Shown in pieces: positions 42,161 to 52,526 of a DNA stretch of 64,000 bases. Location: NCBI GenBank assembly GCA_965203515.1, contig OZ241907.1, positions 864,001 through 928,000 on the forward strand. The letters are read 5' to 3'. A program made the position numbers and the translations under genes. Source of the stretch: Spirochaetia bacterium. Its GTDB lineage: Bacteria; Spirochaetota; Spirochaetia; SZUA-6; Bin103. The stretch's first letter is position 1; every line of letters starts with the position of its first letter. The notes under the pieces are model-generated. The model saw only the letters and a list, made by a program, of their open reading frames with translations. It made no database searches and had not been told where the DNA came from.

Positions 42161-44035
42161 ATGCGGTCCAGAATCACAGTGGCGCTCTTCGCGTGCGCCA
42201 TCGCAGTCGGACCCGTCTTTGCGGACGGGCACATACTCCACGGCACGTTCGACTTCAGCGAGGAGATCGGCCGGAACGTCGAAGACGGCGTGACGCTGTT
42301 CGGCGTCAATCAGCAGCAGCCGCTGCAGGGCTACGGGGCGATCATGGCGCTCACGCTGCAGGCGAGATACGGCATCAGCCCGGCCTCCAAGGTGACCACC
42401 ACCGGGCCGGCGTTCCTCACCAGGGACAACATCGCCACGGCGCCGACCCGCTACGTCGTCGACCCGGACATGCGTCTGCGGTTCATCGCCGTACAGCACG
42501 CGCGCTGCGCCTGGGACTCGTTCTGGTGCACGGTAGAGGCCGGCATCATGCAGGCGGCCGAAGACACCGGCGCCGACGTGACGATCCTGGGCCCGGACTC
42601 GTTCGACCTGAACCGCGTGGCCGAACTGGTCGACCAGGCGGTCGCCGCGCAGCCGGACGGCATCCTGATGACCTACACCGACAGCCGCTTCAAGGAACCG
42701 GTCGAACGGGCGCTCGCCGCCGGCATCCCGGTGATCGCCTACAACGCCGGCCAGGGACCCGAAAAGGACGGCGTCGGGTATCTGACCTATCTGGGTCAGG
42801 ACGAGTACCTGGGCGGATACGAAGGCGGCCGCCGGCTGGTCGCAGCGGCCGGCATGGGCGCGCACAAGGCGGTCTGCATCAATCAGGCGGTCGGGCACGT
42901 CGGGCTCGACGCCCGCTGTCAGGGCTTTGCCGACGCGCTGGCCGAGGCGGGCATCCCGATGGCCGGCAGCACCGGCGTGCTGGGCATCGGCGACGACGTG
43001 GCGGCGTCCCAACAGACGATCAGCGACTTCTATGCCGCCAACCCCGACATCGACCTGTTCATGACGCTCGGCCCGAACGGCGCGACGCCGTTCTACGGCT
43101 TCGTGGAGCAGGAGGGGCTGGACGACGACGACTTCGTGCACGGGACGTTCGACTTCAACGAATCGATCGCCGCCAACATCCGTTCCGGCAGGACCGAGTT
43201 CGGGATCGACCAGCAGCCGTACCTGCAGGGCTACGGCGCCGTGACGCTGCTCTACCTCAACCATCGGTTCCGCGCCGTGCCGCCCACGTCGGTCACGCCG
43301 ACCGGTCCGGGGTTCATCACGCAGGAGAACCTGGACATCCTGCCGGCCGGCGTCGACGAGTACCGCGCGCGCGCGGATCAGCCGGTCGATATCATCGTCG
43401 TGCAGCACGCCCGGTGCGACTGGGATTCGTGGTGGTGCACGATGCGCGACACGATGGAGATGGCCGCCGCCAACATGGGTGTGAATCTCCAGATCCTGGC
43501 GCCCGACGCGTTCGACGTGAACGAGGTGGCGCGGCTGGTCGATCAGGCGCGCGCGGACCAGCCGGACGGCATGGCGATCACGATCACCAATGCCGACATC
43601 CTGCGCGATTCGGTCAACCGGGTGCTCGGCGACGGCATCCCGGTAGTCGGGTTCAACGCCGGCGACGGCCCGGACTCCGACCGCATTCCGTACGGGACCT
43701 ACATCGGGCAGCGCGAGTACGACGGCGGCTACTACGGCGGCCGGTATCTGGCGGCCGCGGCGACCGCCGGTTCGAAGGGGATCTGCATCAACCATCAGGT
43801 CGGACACATCGGCCTCGACGCGCGCTGCAACGGCTTCGTGGACGCGATGCGGGAAGCCGGCATCGCCCTTGCGGGCAGCAACGGGGTGCTCGGCATCAGC
43901 GACGACGTGGCCGCCTCCGCGCAGGTCATCAGCGACTTCTACGCCAGCAATCCGGACACGAACATCTTCTTCACGCTGGGACCCAACTCCGCCACGCCGT
44001 TCTACGACTTCCTCGAAAGCGAGGGATTGAACTAG
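42161..44035 (+). CDS. Sugar ABC substrate-binding protein, double domain, circularly permuted
   Basis: RBS GAGGAGG, signal peptide; HGTFD..QQ.LQGY..TGP.F.T twice; QHARC.WDS.WC..FTLGPN twice. Confidence 0.85.
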   Translation: MRSRITVALFACAIAVGPVFADGHILHGTFDFSEEIGRNVEDGVTLFGVNQQQPLQGYGAIMALTLQARYGISPASKVTTTGPAFLTRDNIATAPTRYVVDPDMRLRFIAVQHARCAWDSFWCTVEAGIMQAAEDTGADVTILGPDSFDLNRVAELVDQAVAAQPDGILMTYTDSRFKEPVERALAAGIPVIAYNAGQGPEKDGVGYLTYLGQDEYLGGYEGGRRLVAAAGMGAHKAVCINQAVGHVGLDARCQGFADALAEAGIPMAGSTGVLGIGDDVAASQQTISDFYAANPDIDLFMTLGPNGATPFYGFVEQEGLDDDDFVHGTFDFNESIAANIRSGRTEFGIDQQPYLQGYGAVTLLYLNHRFRAVPPTSVTPTGPGFITQENLDILPAGVDEYRARADQPVDIIVVQHARCDWDSWWCTMRDTMEMAAANMGVNLQILAPDAFDVNEVARLVDQARADQPDGMAITITNADILRDSVNRVLGDGIPVVGFNAGDGPDSDRIPYGTYIGQREYDGGYYGGRYLAAAATAGSKGICINHQVGHIGLDARCNGFVDAMREAGIALAGSNGVLGISDDVAASAQVISDFYASNPDTNIFFTLGPNSATPFYDFLESEGLN

Positions 44036-44058
44036 GGGGACCGTACCGACCTTCGACC

Positions 44059-44096
44059 GCCGATCGTCAGAGCTCCTTCGAGCTCTGACGATCGGC
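44059..44096 (+). terminator. Perfect 17-bp hairpin after the SBP gene (mRNA stabiliser/attenuator)
   Basis: gccgatcgtcagagctc-cttc-gagctctgacgatcggc; no U tract. Confidence 0.75.
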
Positions 44097-44115
44097 AGCA
44101 GGTCCGCGGCACGGC

Positions 44116-45288
44116 ATGAGCATGGCCAGGACGAGCGTTGCGAAGCCGGCGGCGCGCGGCGGCGCGCTCCGCCGCTATCTGAACGCCCCGGAAGGGATAC
44201 CCGCGGGCATCCTGATCCTGCTGCTCTCGCTCTTCGGCGTCCTCTCCATCCCGGGCGTCGTCCAGGGCTTCTACTTCCTGTTCGACGTGCGGGGCAGCTT
44301 CAGCCTGCGCACCGCCGTCAGCATCCTGAACGGGTCGGTGCTGACCGGGATCATCGTGCTGACCGTGGTGATGTTGATGATCAACGGCGAGTTCGATCTG
44401 TCGGTGGGGGCGATCCTGGCGATGGGCGGCTACATCTTCGGCACCTTGTCGGTGGGGGACACCACGCTGTTCAGCCTGGTGGAGATCGGCGCGCCGCTCC
44501 CGCCGCTGCTGGCGCTGGTCATCGCGCTCGCCGGCTGCGCGGCGCTCGGCGCCGTGAACGGCTTGATCGTCACCACGGCGCGCATCCCGTCGTTCATCGC
44601 CACGCTGGGGACGCTGTTCATCTTCCTGTGGCTGGTGTCGCTCTACTCCGGCAACCAGTCGTTCGAGGCGACCCGCGAAGAGATGCAGCGGGCCTCCCTG
44701 TACCTGCTGGTGAGCGGGCGCCTGCGCGACTTCATCGACGGCATCTCCGGGCCGCTCGGCAACCTGCGGGTGTCGGTGTTCTGGATGGTCGCCCTGGCGC
44801 TGGTGATGCAGGTGGTGTTGACGCGCACCCGATTCGGCAACCAGATCTTCGCGGTCGGGGGCAACGTGCAGGCCGCCAAGGCGCAGGGCATCAACGTGCG
44901 GAGGATCAAGATCTCCGGGTTCGCGTTGACCGGGACGTTCGCCGGGATCGCCGGCGTGGTGCTGTTCAGCCAGTTCGGGCGCGTGCAGGGCAACTCCGGC
45001 ATGCAGCAGGAGCTGTTCGCGATCGCCGCCGCCGTGGTCGGCGGCACGCTGCTGACCGGAGGCTACGGCAGCGTGATCGGCGGCCTGGTCGGCATCCTGA
45101 CGATCTCCACGCTCCGTTCCGGGGTGGTGCTGCTCTCCACGCCGATACAGAACTCCTTCATCGGCGAGATTCCCGTGATCGGCATCTATCTGGTGCGCCT
45201 GACCGCGTCCGACAACTTCCTCACCATCGTCGGCCTGACCATCGTCGGGGCGGCGGTCCTCAACTCGTTCATCCGCAGGCGCCTGTAG
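44116..45288 (+). CDS. Sugar ABC permease
   Basis: GEFDLSVGA, PSFIATLG, VGGNVQAA. Confidence 0.9.
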   Translation: MSMARTSVAKPAARGGALRRYLNAPEGIPAGILILLLSLFGVLSIPGVVQGFYFLFDVRGSFSLRTAVSILNGSVLTGIIVLTVVMLMINGEFDLSVGAILAMGGYIFGTLSVGDTTLFSLVEIGAPLPPLLALVIALAGCAALGAVNGLIVTTARIPSFIATLGTLFIFLWLVSLYSGNQSFEATREEMQRASLYLLVSGRLRDFIDGISGPLGNLRVSVFWMVALALVMQVVLTRTRFGNQIFAVGGNVQAAKAQGINVRRIKISGFALTGTFAGIAGVVLFSQFGRVQGNSGMQQELFAIAAAVVGGTLLTGGYGSVIGGLVGILTISTLRSGVVLLSTPIQNSFIGEIPVIGIYLVRLTASDNFLTIVGLTIVGAAVLNSFIRRRL

Positions 45289-45320
45289 GCGCCGGGCGCG
45301 GGTAACCCACGGAGGGCATC

Positions 45321-46085
45321 ATGGCACCGACATCCGATCTGACCGTGCGCATGCAGGGTATCGCCAAGCGCTTCGGCACCGTCACCGCTCTGGAAGCGGT
45401 CGACTTCGACGTGCCGGCCGGCTGCGTCACCGCGCTCCTTGGCGACAACGGCGCCGGCAAGTCGACCCTGATCAAGATCCTCACCGGCGTGTACCCGCCG
45501 AGCGAAGGAACGATCTACTTTCAGGGCAGGGAGGTGAGCATCGGCTCGCCGCGGGACGCGCGGGCGCTGGGGATCGAGACCGTCTACCAGGACCTGGCGC
45601 TCGTACCGTTGCTGAGCGTTGCGCGCAACTTCTTTCTGGGCAGAGAGCTGACGCGCGCAGTCTGCCTGCTCGACCTGCGCCGGATGGAGGAGCGGACGCG
45701 GCGGGCGCTCGGCGAGCTGGGCATCGAAAAGTTCTCCGAGGCCGGCAATCGCTCGGTCTCCGAGCCGGTCGGCAAGCTGTCCGGCGGCGAGCGGCAATCG
45801 GTCGCGATCGGCCGCGCCGTCCACTTCGGCGCGTCGCTGTTGATCCTGGACGAGCCGACCTCCGCGCTGTCGGTGGCCGAGACCGAGAAGGTGCTGAGCT
45901 ACACCCAGATCGCCAAGGAGCGCGGACTGGGCGTGATCTTCATCAGCCACAACATCCACCACGTCTATCTGGTCTCCGACCGCTACACGATCCTGCGCCA
46001 CGGCGGCAAGGTGGGCGACTACGCGAAGGGCGACCTGACCGAACAGGAGATCGCCGACATCATCACCGGCGAACGGGAGCGCTGA
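45321..46085 (+). CDS. Sugar ABC ATP-binding protein
   Basis: GDNGAGKS, LSGGERQ, LDEPTSAL. Confidence 0.9.
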   Translation: MAPTSDLTVRMQGIAKRFGTVTALEAVDFDVPAGCVTALLGDNGAGKSTLIKILTGVYPPSEGTIYFQGREVSIGSPRDARALGIETVYQDLALVPLLSVARNFFLGRELTRAVCLLDLRRMEERTRRALGELGIEKFSEAGNRSVSEPVGKLSGGERQSVAIGRAVHFGASLLILDEPTSALSVAETEKVLSYTQIAKERGLGVIFISHNIHHVYLVSDRYTILRHGGKVGDYAKGDLTEQEIADIITGERER

Positions 46086-46103
46086 GCCGGCCCGGCTCCG
46101 GCG

Positions 46104-46949
46104 CTACGCCAGTCCGGTCCAGGCCGCGCTCCGCTCCCAGAGCTCGCGCGCCAGGGCGCGGTCGTCCGCCTGCCGGTGGGGCCGGCGTTCCGTGTCGACG
46201 CGGAAGTAGCGGCCGGAGACCGGCGCCGCTGCCGACCGCTCGATCAGCGCCAGCACCGCCGCGCCGCCGGTTTCGGGGCCACGCATGAACGCCGTCAGCG
46301 CCCGCAGGGTCATGCCGACCACGCCGTGGTGCTGATTCCAGATGCCGGTGGCCAGTATGCCGGGGTGCAGGGCGTTGGCGGCGATGCCCAACCCCTGCCA
46401 GCGCCGCGCGGACTCCACCGTGAACAGGACGTTGGCCAGCTTGGAATCGCTGTACGCCCGGAAGCCTCCCCGCCACGCGCCGCCGCTGGCGATAGCCGCC
46501 AGCGGCGCCCGGCGCAGATCGCCGAACCGGTGAGCGGTCGAGCTGACGTTGACGATCCGGCCGCCCCGCAGGCGGTCCAGCAGCAGGTGGGTCAACAGGA
46601 AGTGGCCCAGATGGTTGGTGGCGAAGGTGCGCTCGAATCCCTCGACCGTGGTCTCCAGCCGGTCGCGCGATATGCCGGCGTTGTTCACCAGGATGTCGAT
46701 CCGGTCCAGCCGGCCGCGGAGGCGGGAGGCGAGCGCGCGAACCGCATCAGGGCACGCCAGGTCGGCCAGCTCCAGCGCGGCGGCGGCCGGGTACGATCGT
46801 TCCAGTTCGTGCAGGGCGCGTTCGCCGCGGGCGCGGTCACGGCACACCAGCGTGACGCCGGCTCCGGCTGCGGCCAGCAGCGCCGCGGCCGATCTGCCGA
46901 CCCCGGAGCTGGCGCCGGTGACGATCGCGGCGCGTCCGGTCAGGTCCAC
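46104..46949 (-). CDS. SDR family oxidoreductase
   Basis: TGASSGVG, NNAG, YSDSK. Confidence 0.9.
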   Translation of the reverse strand: MDLTGRAAIVTGASSGVGRSAAALLAAAGAGVTLVCRDRARGERALHELERSYPAAAALELADLACPDAVRALASRLRGRLDRIDILVNNAGISRDRLETTVEGFERTFATNHLGHFLLTHLLLDRLRGGRIVNVSSTAHRFGDLRRAPLAAIASGGAWRGGFRAYSDSKLANVLFTVESARRWQGLGIAANALHPGILATGIWNQHHGVVGMTLRALTAFMRGPETGGAAVLALIERSAAAPVSGRYFRVDTERRPHRQADDRALARELWERSAAWTGLA

Positions 46950-47060
46950 GGCGCGTCAGTCTGCGCGTTGCCCGCCGGCTCGCCAAGCGCCGCGGGAGCC
47001 GGACGCCTTTTGGGTCGCTTGACTTTCCGGCCGGGTCCGATGTTCCATCGCCCACGTCTC

Positions 47061-49259
47061 ATGTGGCGCTGCATCCGGCACGCTCGCCGCCGCGCGCGCG
47101 CCGCCGCGGCGCCGCTGGTCCCGGGGGCCGCGTTGTTCCTGGGGGCGGCGCTGCTGCTCCTGCCGCAGGCCGCGCTGGCCAGGGTAACCGACGATACCAT
47201 CGTGCTCGGCGCCGCCGTATCGCTGACCGGCCGGTATACCACCGCCGGCAATCACACGCGCAAGGGCTACGACCTGGCGGTCCGGATGATCAATGACCGG
47301 GGCGGGGTGCGCGTTGCCGGCAAGTCGTATCGATTGGAGATCCTCTACTACGACGACGAGTCGACGCCGGCGCGCGGCGCTCAGTTGGCCGAGCGGCTGA
47401 TCCGGCAGGACGGCGTCACGTTCATGCTGGGTCCCTACAGCTCCGGATTGACCACCGCCATCGCGCCGATCACGGAGCAGCACCGCGTGCCGATGGTCGA
47501 AGGCAACGGCGCGTCGCGAACGCTGTTCAACAAGGGGTACCGCTATCTGTTCGCGGTGCTCTCCACCTCGGAGCAATACCTCCAGGAGGCGATCAACCTG
47601 GCGGCCGAACAGGCGGATGCCCGCGGGCAGGATCCGGCAACGCTCCGCATCGCCATCGCGACGGAGAACGATCCGTTTTCGCAGGACATCCGCGCCGGCG
47701 TGATCGACGCCGCCGACCGTTACGGCATGCGCGTGGTGATCGACGACAAGCTGCCGCGCGAGCTCAACGACATGACGGCGACGCTGATCAAGGTCAAGGC
47801 GGCCCGCCCGGACGTGCTGCTGGTATCGGGCCACTCGAAGGGCGCGGCGCTGCTGGTGCGGCAGGCCGAGGAGCTGCGGGCGACCGCGCCGATCGTGGGC
47901 CTCACGCACTGCGAGTCGGCCAACGTCATCGATCGGGAGCGGTTCGGCGACGCCGCCGACAGCATGCTGTGCGCGGCCCAGTGGGCGCCGACGCTGTCCT
48001 ATCGCGATGACCTGTTCGGCAGCGCCGCCGACTATGCCGAGCTGTTCGAGGCGGAATACGACTACGCGCCGCCGTATCAGGCGGCGCAGGCGTCGGCCTC
48101 CGTCATGGTGTGGGCCGACGCCCTGCAGCGCGCCGGATCGTTCGACACGGAGACGGTGCGCGACGCCCTGGCCGCGACCGACATGCAGTCGTTCTACGGC
48201 AACATCCGCTTCGACGACACCGGCAAGAACATCGCCAAGCCGATGGTGCTGTTCCAGATTCAGGACGGAGCCTACCGGGTGGTGGCGCCGTCCGCGTGGG
48301 CTTCCCACCAACTGGTGTTCCCCCGTCCGGACTCGCAGGTGGTTCCTGCCGAAGAGGCGCCGACCGGTCCGCTGCTCCTGCAGTCGTTGCCGCTCTCCGT
48401 GCAGTTGCTCCTGGACGGGCTGCTGGTAGGCGCCATCTTCGCCCTTGCCGCCTACGGCATGGCGCTGGTGTGGGGGGTCATGAACATCATCAACGTCTCG
48501 CAGGGCGAGCTGGTCATCCTGGGCGGCTACGTCGCCTGGTGGTTCACGAAGACCTTCGACGTCCATCCTCTGCTGAGCCTTCCGGTCGCGGGGGCGGTGC
48601 TGTTCGTGGTCGGCTGGGTCCTGTACCGCACGGTGGTGTTCCGGCTCATCGACCGCGACCTGTTCGTGTCGCTGCTCGCCACGTTCGGGCTGTCGATCGT
48701 GTTGCAACAGGTGATGAATCAGGTGTTCGGCGCCGACCTGCAGAACGTCAATGCCGAGTTGGGCTCCACCTTCCTGCTGGGCGAAGGCGTCGTGCTGGCC
48801 AACGTCAAGCTGGTCGCGTTCGCGGCGGCGCTGCTGGCCGCCGCGTTGCTGGTGCTGTTCCTGCGCCGCAGCCGCGCCGGGCGCGCCATCCGGGCGACCG
48901 CCCAGAACGCGCGCGCGGCGCGGCTGGTCGGCGTGCGGACCGATCGCGTCTACGCCCTGGCGTTCGCGCTGAACGCCGCCCTGTGCGGCGTCGCCGGGGC
49001 GCTGGTGGCGATGGTGTGGGTGATCCATCCGTTCATCGGCATCACCTACACGGTGCGGTCGTTCATGATCGTGGTGGTCGCGGGACTCGGCAACATCGCG
49101 CCGGTCGTGGCCGCTGGCGCCGCCCTGGGGGTGGCGGAGAACTTCGCGGGCTTCATACTCGGCGCGGAGTTCCAGTCGGCGTTCGTCTTCTCGCTGCTGG
49201 TGGTGATCCTGCTGGTGCGCGGCTACCTGCGCAGCCGTCGGCGTCAGGTCCTGCGATGA
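47061..49259 (+). CDS. Branched-chain amino acid-type ABC substrate-binding protein fused to a LivH-type permease (start uncertain)
   Basis: Signal-like N-terminus, SLTGRY, YDDES, GPYSSG; continues in frame into GMALVWGVMNIINVSQG. Confidence 0.8.
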   Translation: MWRCIRHARRRARAAAAPLVPGAALFLGAALLLLPQAALARVTDDTIVLGAAVSLTGRYTTAGNHTRKGYDLAVRMINDRGGVRVAGKSYRLEILYYDDESTPARGAQLAERLIRQDGVTFMLGPYSSGLTTAIAPITEQHRVPMVEGNGASRTLFNKGYRYLFAVLSTSEQYLQEAINLAAEQADARGQDPATLRIAIATENDPFSQDIRAGVIDAADRYGMRVVIDDKLPRELNDMTATLIKVKAARPDVLLVSGHSKGAALLVRQAEELRATAPIVGLTHCESANVIDRERFGDAADSMLCAAQWAPTLSYRDDLFGSAADYAELFEAEYDYAPPYQAAQASASVMVWADALQRAGSFDTETVRDALAATDMQSFYGNIRFDDTGKNIAKPMVLFQIQDGAYRVVAPSAWASHQLVFPRPDSQVVPAEEAPTGPLLLQSLPLSVQLLLDGLLVGAIFALAAYGMALVWGVMNIINVSQGELVILGGYVAWWFTKTFDVHPLLSLPVAGAVLFVVGWVLYRTVVFRLIDRDLFVSLLATFGLSIVLQQVMNQVFGADLQNVNAELGSTFLLGEGVVLANVKLVAFAAALLAAALLVLFLRRSRAGRAIRATAQNARAARLVGVRTDRVYALAFALNAALCGVAGALVAMVWVIHPFIGITYTVRSFMIVVVAGLGNIAPVVAAGAALGVAENFAGFILGAEFQSAFVFSLLVVILLVRGYLRSRRRQVLR

Positions 49260-50263
49260 CGCTCAGGCGGGTGGGGCCGCTGTTGCTGGTGGCGGTCGGC
49301 ATCGCGGGACCGTTCGCGGCGCCGCAGTTCCAGTCGCAGCTCGCGGTGCTGTGGGTGCTGGTCGTGCTGGCGCTGACCTGGGACGTCGTCGGCGGCCAGA
49401 TGGGGTACAACTCGTTCGGCAACGTGCTGTTCTTCGGCGTGGGCATGTACGCCAGCGCGGTGGTCCAGCGCGCGCGCTTCTTCGACGTCGATCGACTTGC
49501 CGAGGTCGCCGGCAGCGGGCTGGAGCCGGTCCGGTACCTGGGCGGCCTGGCGCTCGGCGTGGCGGTCGCGGCGCTGGTGGCGGTGGCCCTGGCGGTACTG
49601 CTCGGCGGCAGCATCCTGCGGCTGCGCGGTCACTACTTCGCCGTCGGCACCCTGGGCGTGGGCGTCGCCGCCGGCGAGATCGTGAGCGGCATCGACTGGC
49701 TCGGCGCCGGCTCCGGCCTGGTGACGCCGCTGTTTCCGGAGGCGCTGGGCAGCCACAACCGGTTCTTCGCCTTCTACTTCCTGGTCGTGGCGGTGATCTG
49801 CTTCGTCGCGCTGCAGGTCCTGTACCGCCGCCGGTTCGGGTTGCTGCTCAACGCGATCCGCGACGACGAGGACAAGGCCGAGGCGATGGGACTGCCGACC
49901 ACCCGTTGCAAGGTGGTCGCCTGGTCGGTGGCCGCGTTCTTCCTCGCCCTGACCGGCGGCGCCTACGGCAACTTCGTCGGTTTCATCGATCCGCTCGACA
50001 CCGCGTTCTCCGGCCCCACGTTCGGGGTATGGATGGTGCTGATGGCGATCATGGGCGGGCGCGGGTCGCTGTGGGGACCGGTGCTGGGGGCGATGGTCTT
50101 TCACGTCACGCAGGAACTGTTCTGGACCTATCTGCTCGGTTGGCATCGGGTCGCCATGGGACTGCTGATCGTGGTGATCGTCATATTCCTGCCGGACGGC
50201 ATCCTGGGCTGGTTCCGGGAGCGCCGCGGCGCCGGAGCGCTCGAGGCGGGCAGGGGAGCATGA
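49256..50263 (+). CDS. livM: BCAA ABC permease
   Basis: GGQMGYNSFG, LRLRGHYFAV, AIRDDEDKAEAMG. Confidence 0.85.
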   Translation: MTLRRVGPLLLVAVGIAGPFAAPQFQSQLAVLWVLVVLALTWDVVGGQMGYNSFGNVLFFGVGMYASAVVQRARFFDVDRLAEVAGSGLEPVRYLGGLALGVAVAALVAVALAVLLGGSILRLRGHYFAVGTLGVGVAAGEIVSGIDWLGAGSGLVTPLFPEALGSHNRFFAFYFLVVAVICFVALQVLYRRRFGLLLNAIRDDEDKAEAMGLPTTRCKVVAWSVAAFFLALTGGAYGNFVGFIDPLDTAFSGPTFGVWMVLMAIMGGRGSLWGPVLGAMVFHVTQELFWTYLLGWHRVAMGLLIVVIVIFLPDGILGWFRERRGAGALEAGRGA

Positions 50264-51003
50264 GCGCCCTGCTGCAGGTCGACGGCGTCAGCAAGTCGTT
50301 CGGCGGCGTGCAGGCCAACCGGGACGTCACCATCGGCGTCGAGGCCGGCGCCGTGAACGGCCTGATCGGGCCGAACGGCTCCGGCAAGACCACGCTGTTC
50401 AACTGCATCGTCGGCTTTCACCCCGTCGACCGCGGGGCGGTGACGTTCGACGGCACCCGCGTGGAGCGGATGACGGTGCCGGGGATCGCCCGGCTCGGCC
50501 TGCTGCGCACCTTTCAGCAGACCCGCGTGTACGGGGGCATGAGCTGTATGGAAAACATGCAGGTGTCGGCCGCGCCGGGCGCCGGCGGCGGCGGACGGCT
50601 GTTGCGCCGGATTGCGCCGGCCGTCACCGAACGGGCCGGCGCGCTGCTGGAGTTCGCCGGCCTCTACGCGCTGCGGTATCACCGCGCCGGCAACCTGTCG
50701 TTCGGCCAGCAGAAGCTGCTGGAGTTCGCGATGGCGCTGATGCGCGCTCCCCGGATGCTGCTGCTGGACGAGCCGACCGCGGGCATCAATCCCACGCTGA
50801 TCAACGGCATGATCGACCGGCTGCTCAGGGCCAACGCGGAGATGGGCGTGACGCTGCTGATCATCGAGCACAACATGCGGGTCATCATGAACCTTGCAAC
50901 GCACATCTACTGCCTGGCCCACGGCGGCCTGCTGGCGTCCGGGACGCCCGAGCAGGTCCGCAACGACCCGCGCGTCCTGGACGCGTATCTCCGCGCGCAA
51001 TGA
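50260..51003 (+). CDS. livG: BCAA ABC ATP-binding protein
   Basis: GPNGSGKT, LSFGQQK, V..AYL. Confidence 0.85.
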   Translation: MSALLQVDGVSKSFGGVQANRDVTIGVEAGAVNGLIGPNGSGKTTLFNCIVGFHPVDRGAVTFDGTRVERMTVPGIARLGLLRTFQQTRVYGGMSCMENMQVSAAPGAGGGGRLLRRIAPAVTERAGALLEFAGLYALRYHRAGNLSFGQQKLLEFAMALMRAPRMLLLDEPTAGINPTLINGMIDRLLRANAEMGVTLLIIEHNMRVIMNLATHIYCLAHGGLLASGTPEQVRNDPRVLDAYLRAQ

Positions 51004-51869
51004 CGGACACCGGGGCGAAGTCCGGCGGCGTTTCCGGCTACGGCAAGGGGGAGACGGGCGCCGCGCTGTCGGTGGACCAGGTGGTGCGCGAGAGCGCGTC
51101 GCTGATCGAGCGGGGAGTTCCGCCGGAGACGCTGGACCAGCTCGCCGGCGGCGACGACTTCATCCGCGTCCGGGGGCTGGTGGCCGGGTACGGCCGGATG
51201 GAGATACTGCACGGCGTCGACCTGCAGGTCGGACGCGGGCAGTCGCTCTGCCTGATCGGACCGAACGGCGCCGGCAAGTCGACGGTGCTCCATTCGCTGT
51301 ACGGCCTGACCACGATCACGGGCGGCGCCATCAGCAAGGAGGGCCGCGACATCACGCGCATGCGCTCCACGGACAAGCTCAGGGCGGCCGGCATCGCCTA
51401 CATCCTGCAGGACAACTCGGTGTTCCCGGACATGACGGTGGAGGAAAACCTGCAGATGGGCGCCTATCTGATGAGCGACCGGGCCGCCGTGCGGGCCGCG
51501 GTGGGCGGCGTGCTCGACAAGTACCCGCGCCTCGCCGCGCGCCGCGCGCAGCCGGCGCGCGTGTTGTCGGGCGGCGAACGCCGCCTGCTGGAGATTTCGC
51601 GCGCCCTGGTCATGGACCCGGACGTGCTGCTGGTCGACGAGCCGTCGATCGGTCTGGAACCGCGCTTCATCGACCTGGTGTTCGAGTTGCTGGTCGATCT
51701 GCGCGACAACGACCGCAAGACGATCATCATGGTCGAGCAGAACGCCCGCAAGGGGCTGGCGTTCGCGGACATCGGCTACGTGCTGGTGTCAGGCGAGCTG
51801 GCCCTGGCCGCCCGCGGCGACGACCTGCTGCAGGACGAGCGGGTAGGCCGGCTGTTTCTGGGCGGCTAG
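51000..51869 (+). CDS. livF: BCAA ABC ATP-binding protein
   Basis: GPNGAGKS, LSGGERR, VEQNA, FLGG. Confidence 0.85.
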   Translation: MTDTGAKSGGVSGYGKGETGAALSVDQVVRESASLIERGVPPETLDQLAGGDDFIRVRGLVAGYGRMEILHGVDLQVGRGQSLCLIGPNGAGKSTVLHSLYGLTTITGGAISKEGRDITRMRSTDKLRAAGIAYILQDNSVFPDMTVEENLQMGAYLMSDRAAVRAAVGGVLDKYPRLAARRAQPARVLSGGERRLLEISRALVMDPDVLLVDEPSIGLEPRFIDLVFELLVDLRDNDRKTIIMVEQNARKGLAFADIGYVLVSGELALAARGDDLLQDERVGRLFLGG

Positions 51870-51938
51870 ACCCAGGGGTTGGCCGCGCCGAGCGTCGATG
51901 GTGGCGGCAGCGCGAGTAGCGGGGTATACTGTCGGCAC

Positions 51939-52526
51939 GTGAGCAAGCCAAACGGTCGCGAGTCCATCAGATTGGCGGTTACCGACTTCGGTCCGATCGC
52001 GAGGGCGGAAGTCGATCTGCGCCCACTGACCGTCTTCATCGGTCCGAGCAACACCGGCAAGTCCTACCTGGCAATCCTCATCTATGCGCTGCATTTCTTG
52101 TTTTCTATCGATGTTTTTCGCTCTCGTATTTTCGGAAGCATATCACGCTGGCGAGGCCAACACCGACTGAGGACTCAATGAAACGACTGGCCGAGTGGAT
52201 GAACGATACGTTGTCCGACTCCGAATATCGGGGGCGGCGGACCACTTTCGATGGCCCGTTACCGGAAGAAATCGCGTCAATGGTCCGTCCGATTCTTGAA
52301 CATGCGTCCAGGGGAACAATTCTCCGAGATGAAATAGGTCGATGCTTCGGTGTCGGAAGCAGTTCCAAGCGGCTCATCCGTAGTGGAAGCAGGAACAGTG
52401 CAAACATCGTTCTCCAAAAAGGGCGGTTTCGATTTGACACGGCTCTTACTGGCCGCAGTCGAGACTTGGGATATTTGCGCGCAATTAGTCAGATTATGGA
52501 ATCAGACAGGAGAAGAATATATGCTA
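51939..52526 (+). pseudogene. N-terminal fragment of an AAA_15/AbiEii-like ATPase; frameshifted and truncated
   Basis: DFGPIARAEVDLRPLTVFIGPSNTGKSYL; stop at 52181; AT-richer; no Walker B. Confidence 0.7.

Noticed and set aside
38422..42309. 1295-aa minus-strand ORF and many other long overlapping ORFs
   Set aside because: Antisense shadows of real genes (iolD, ABC genes) in high-GC DNA; no motifs
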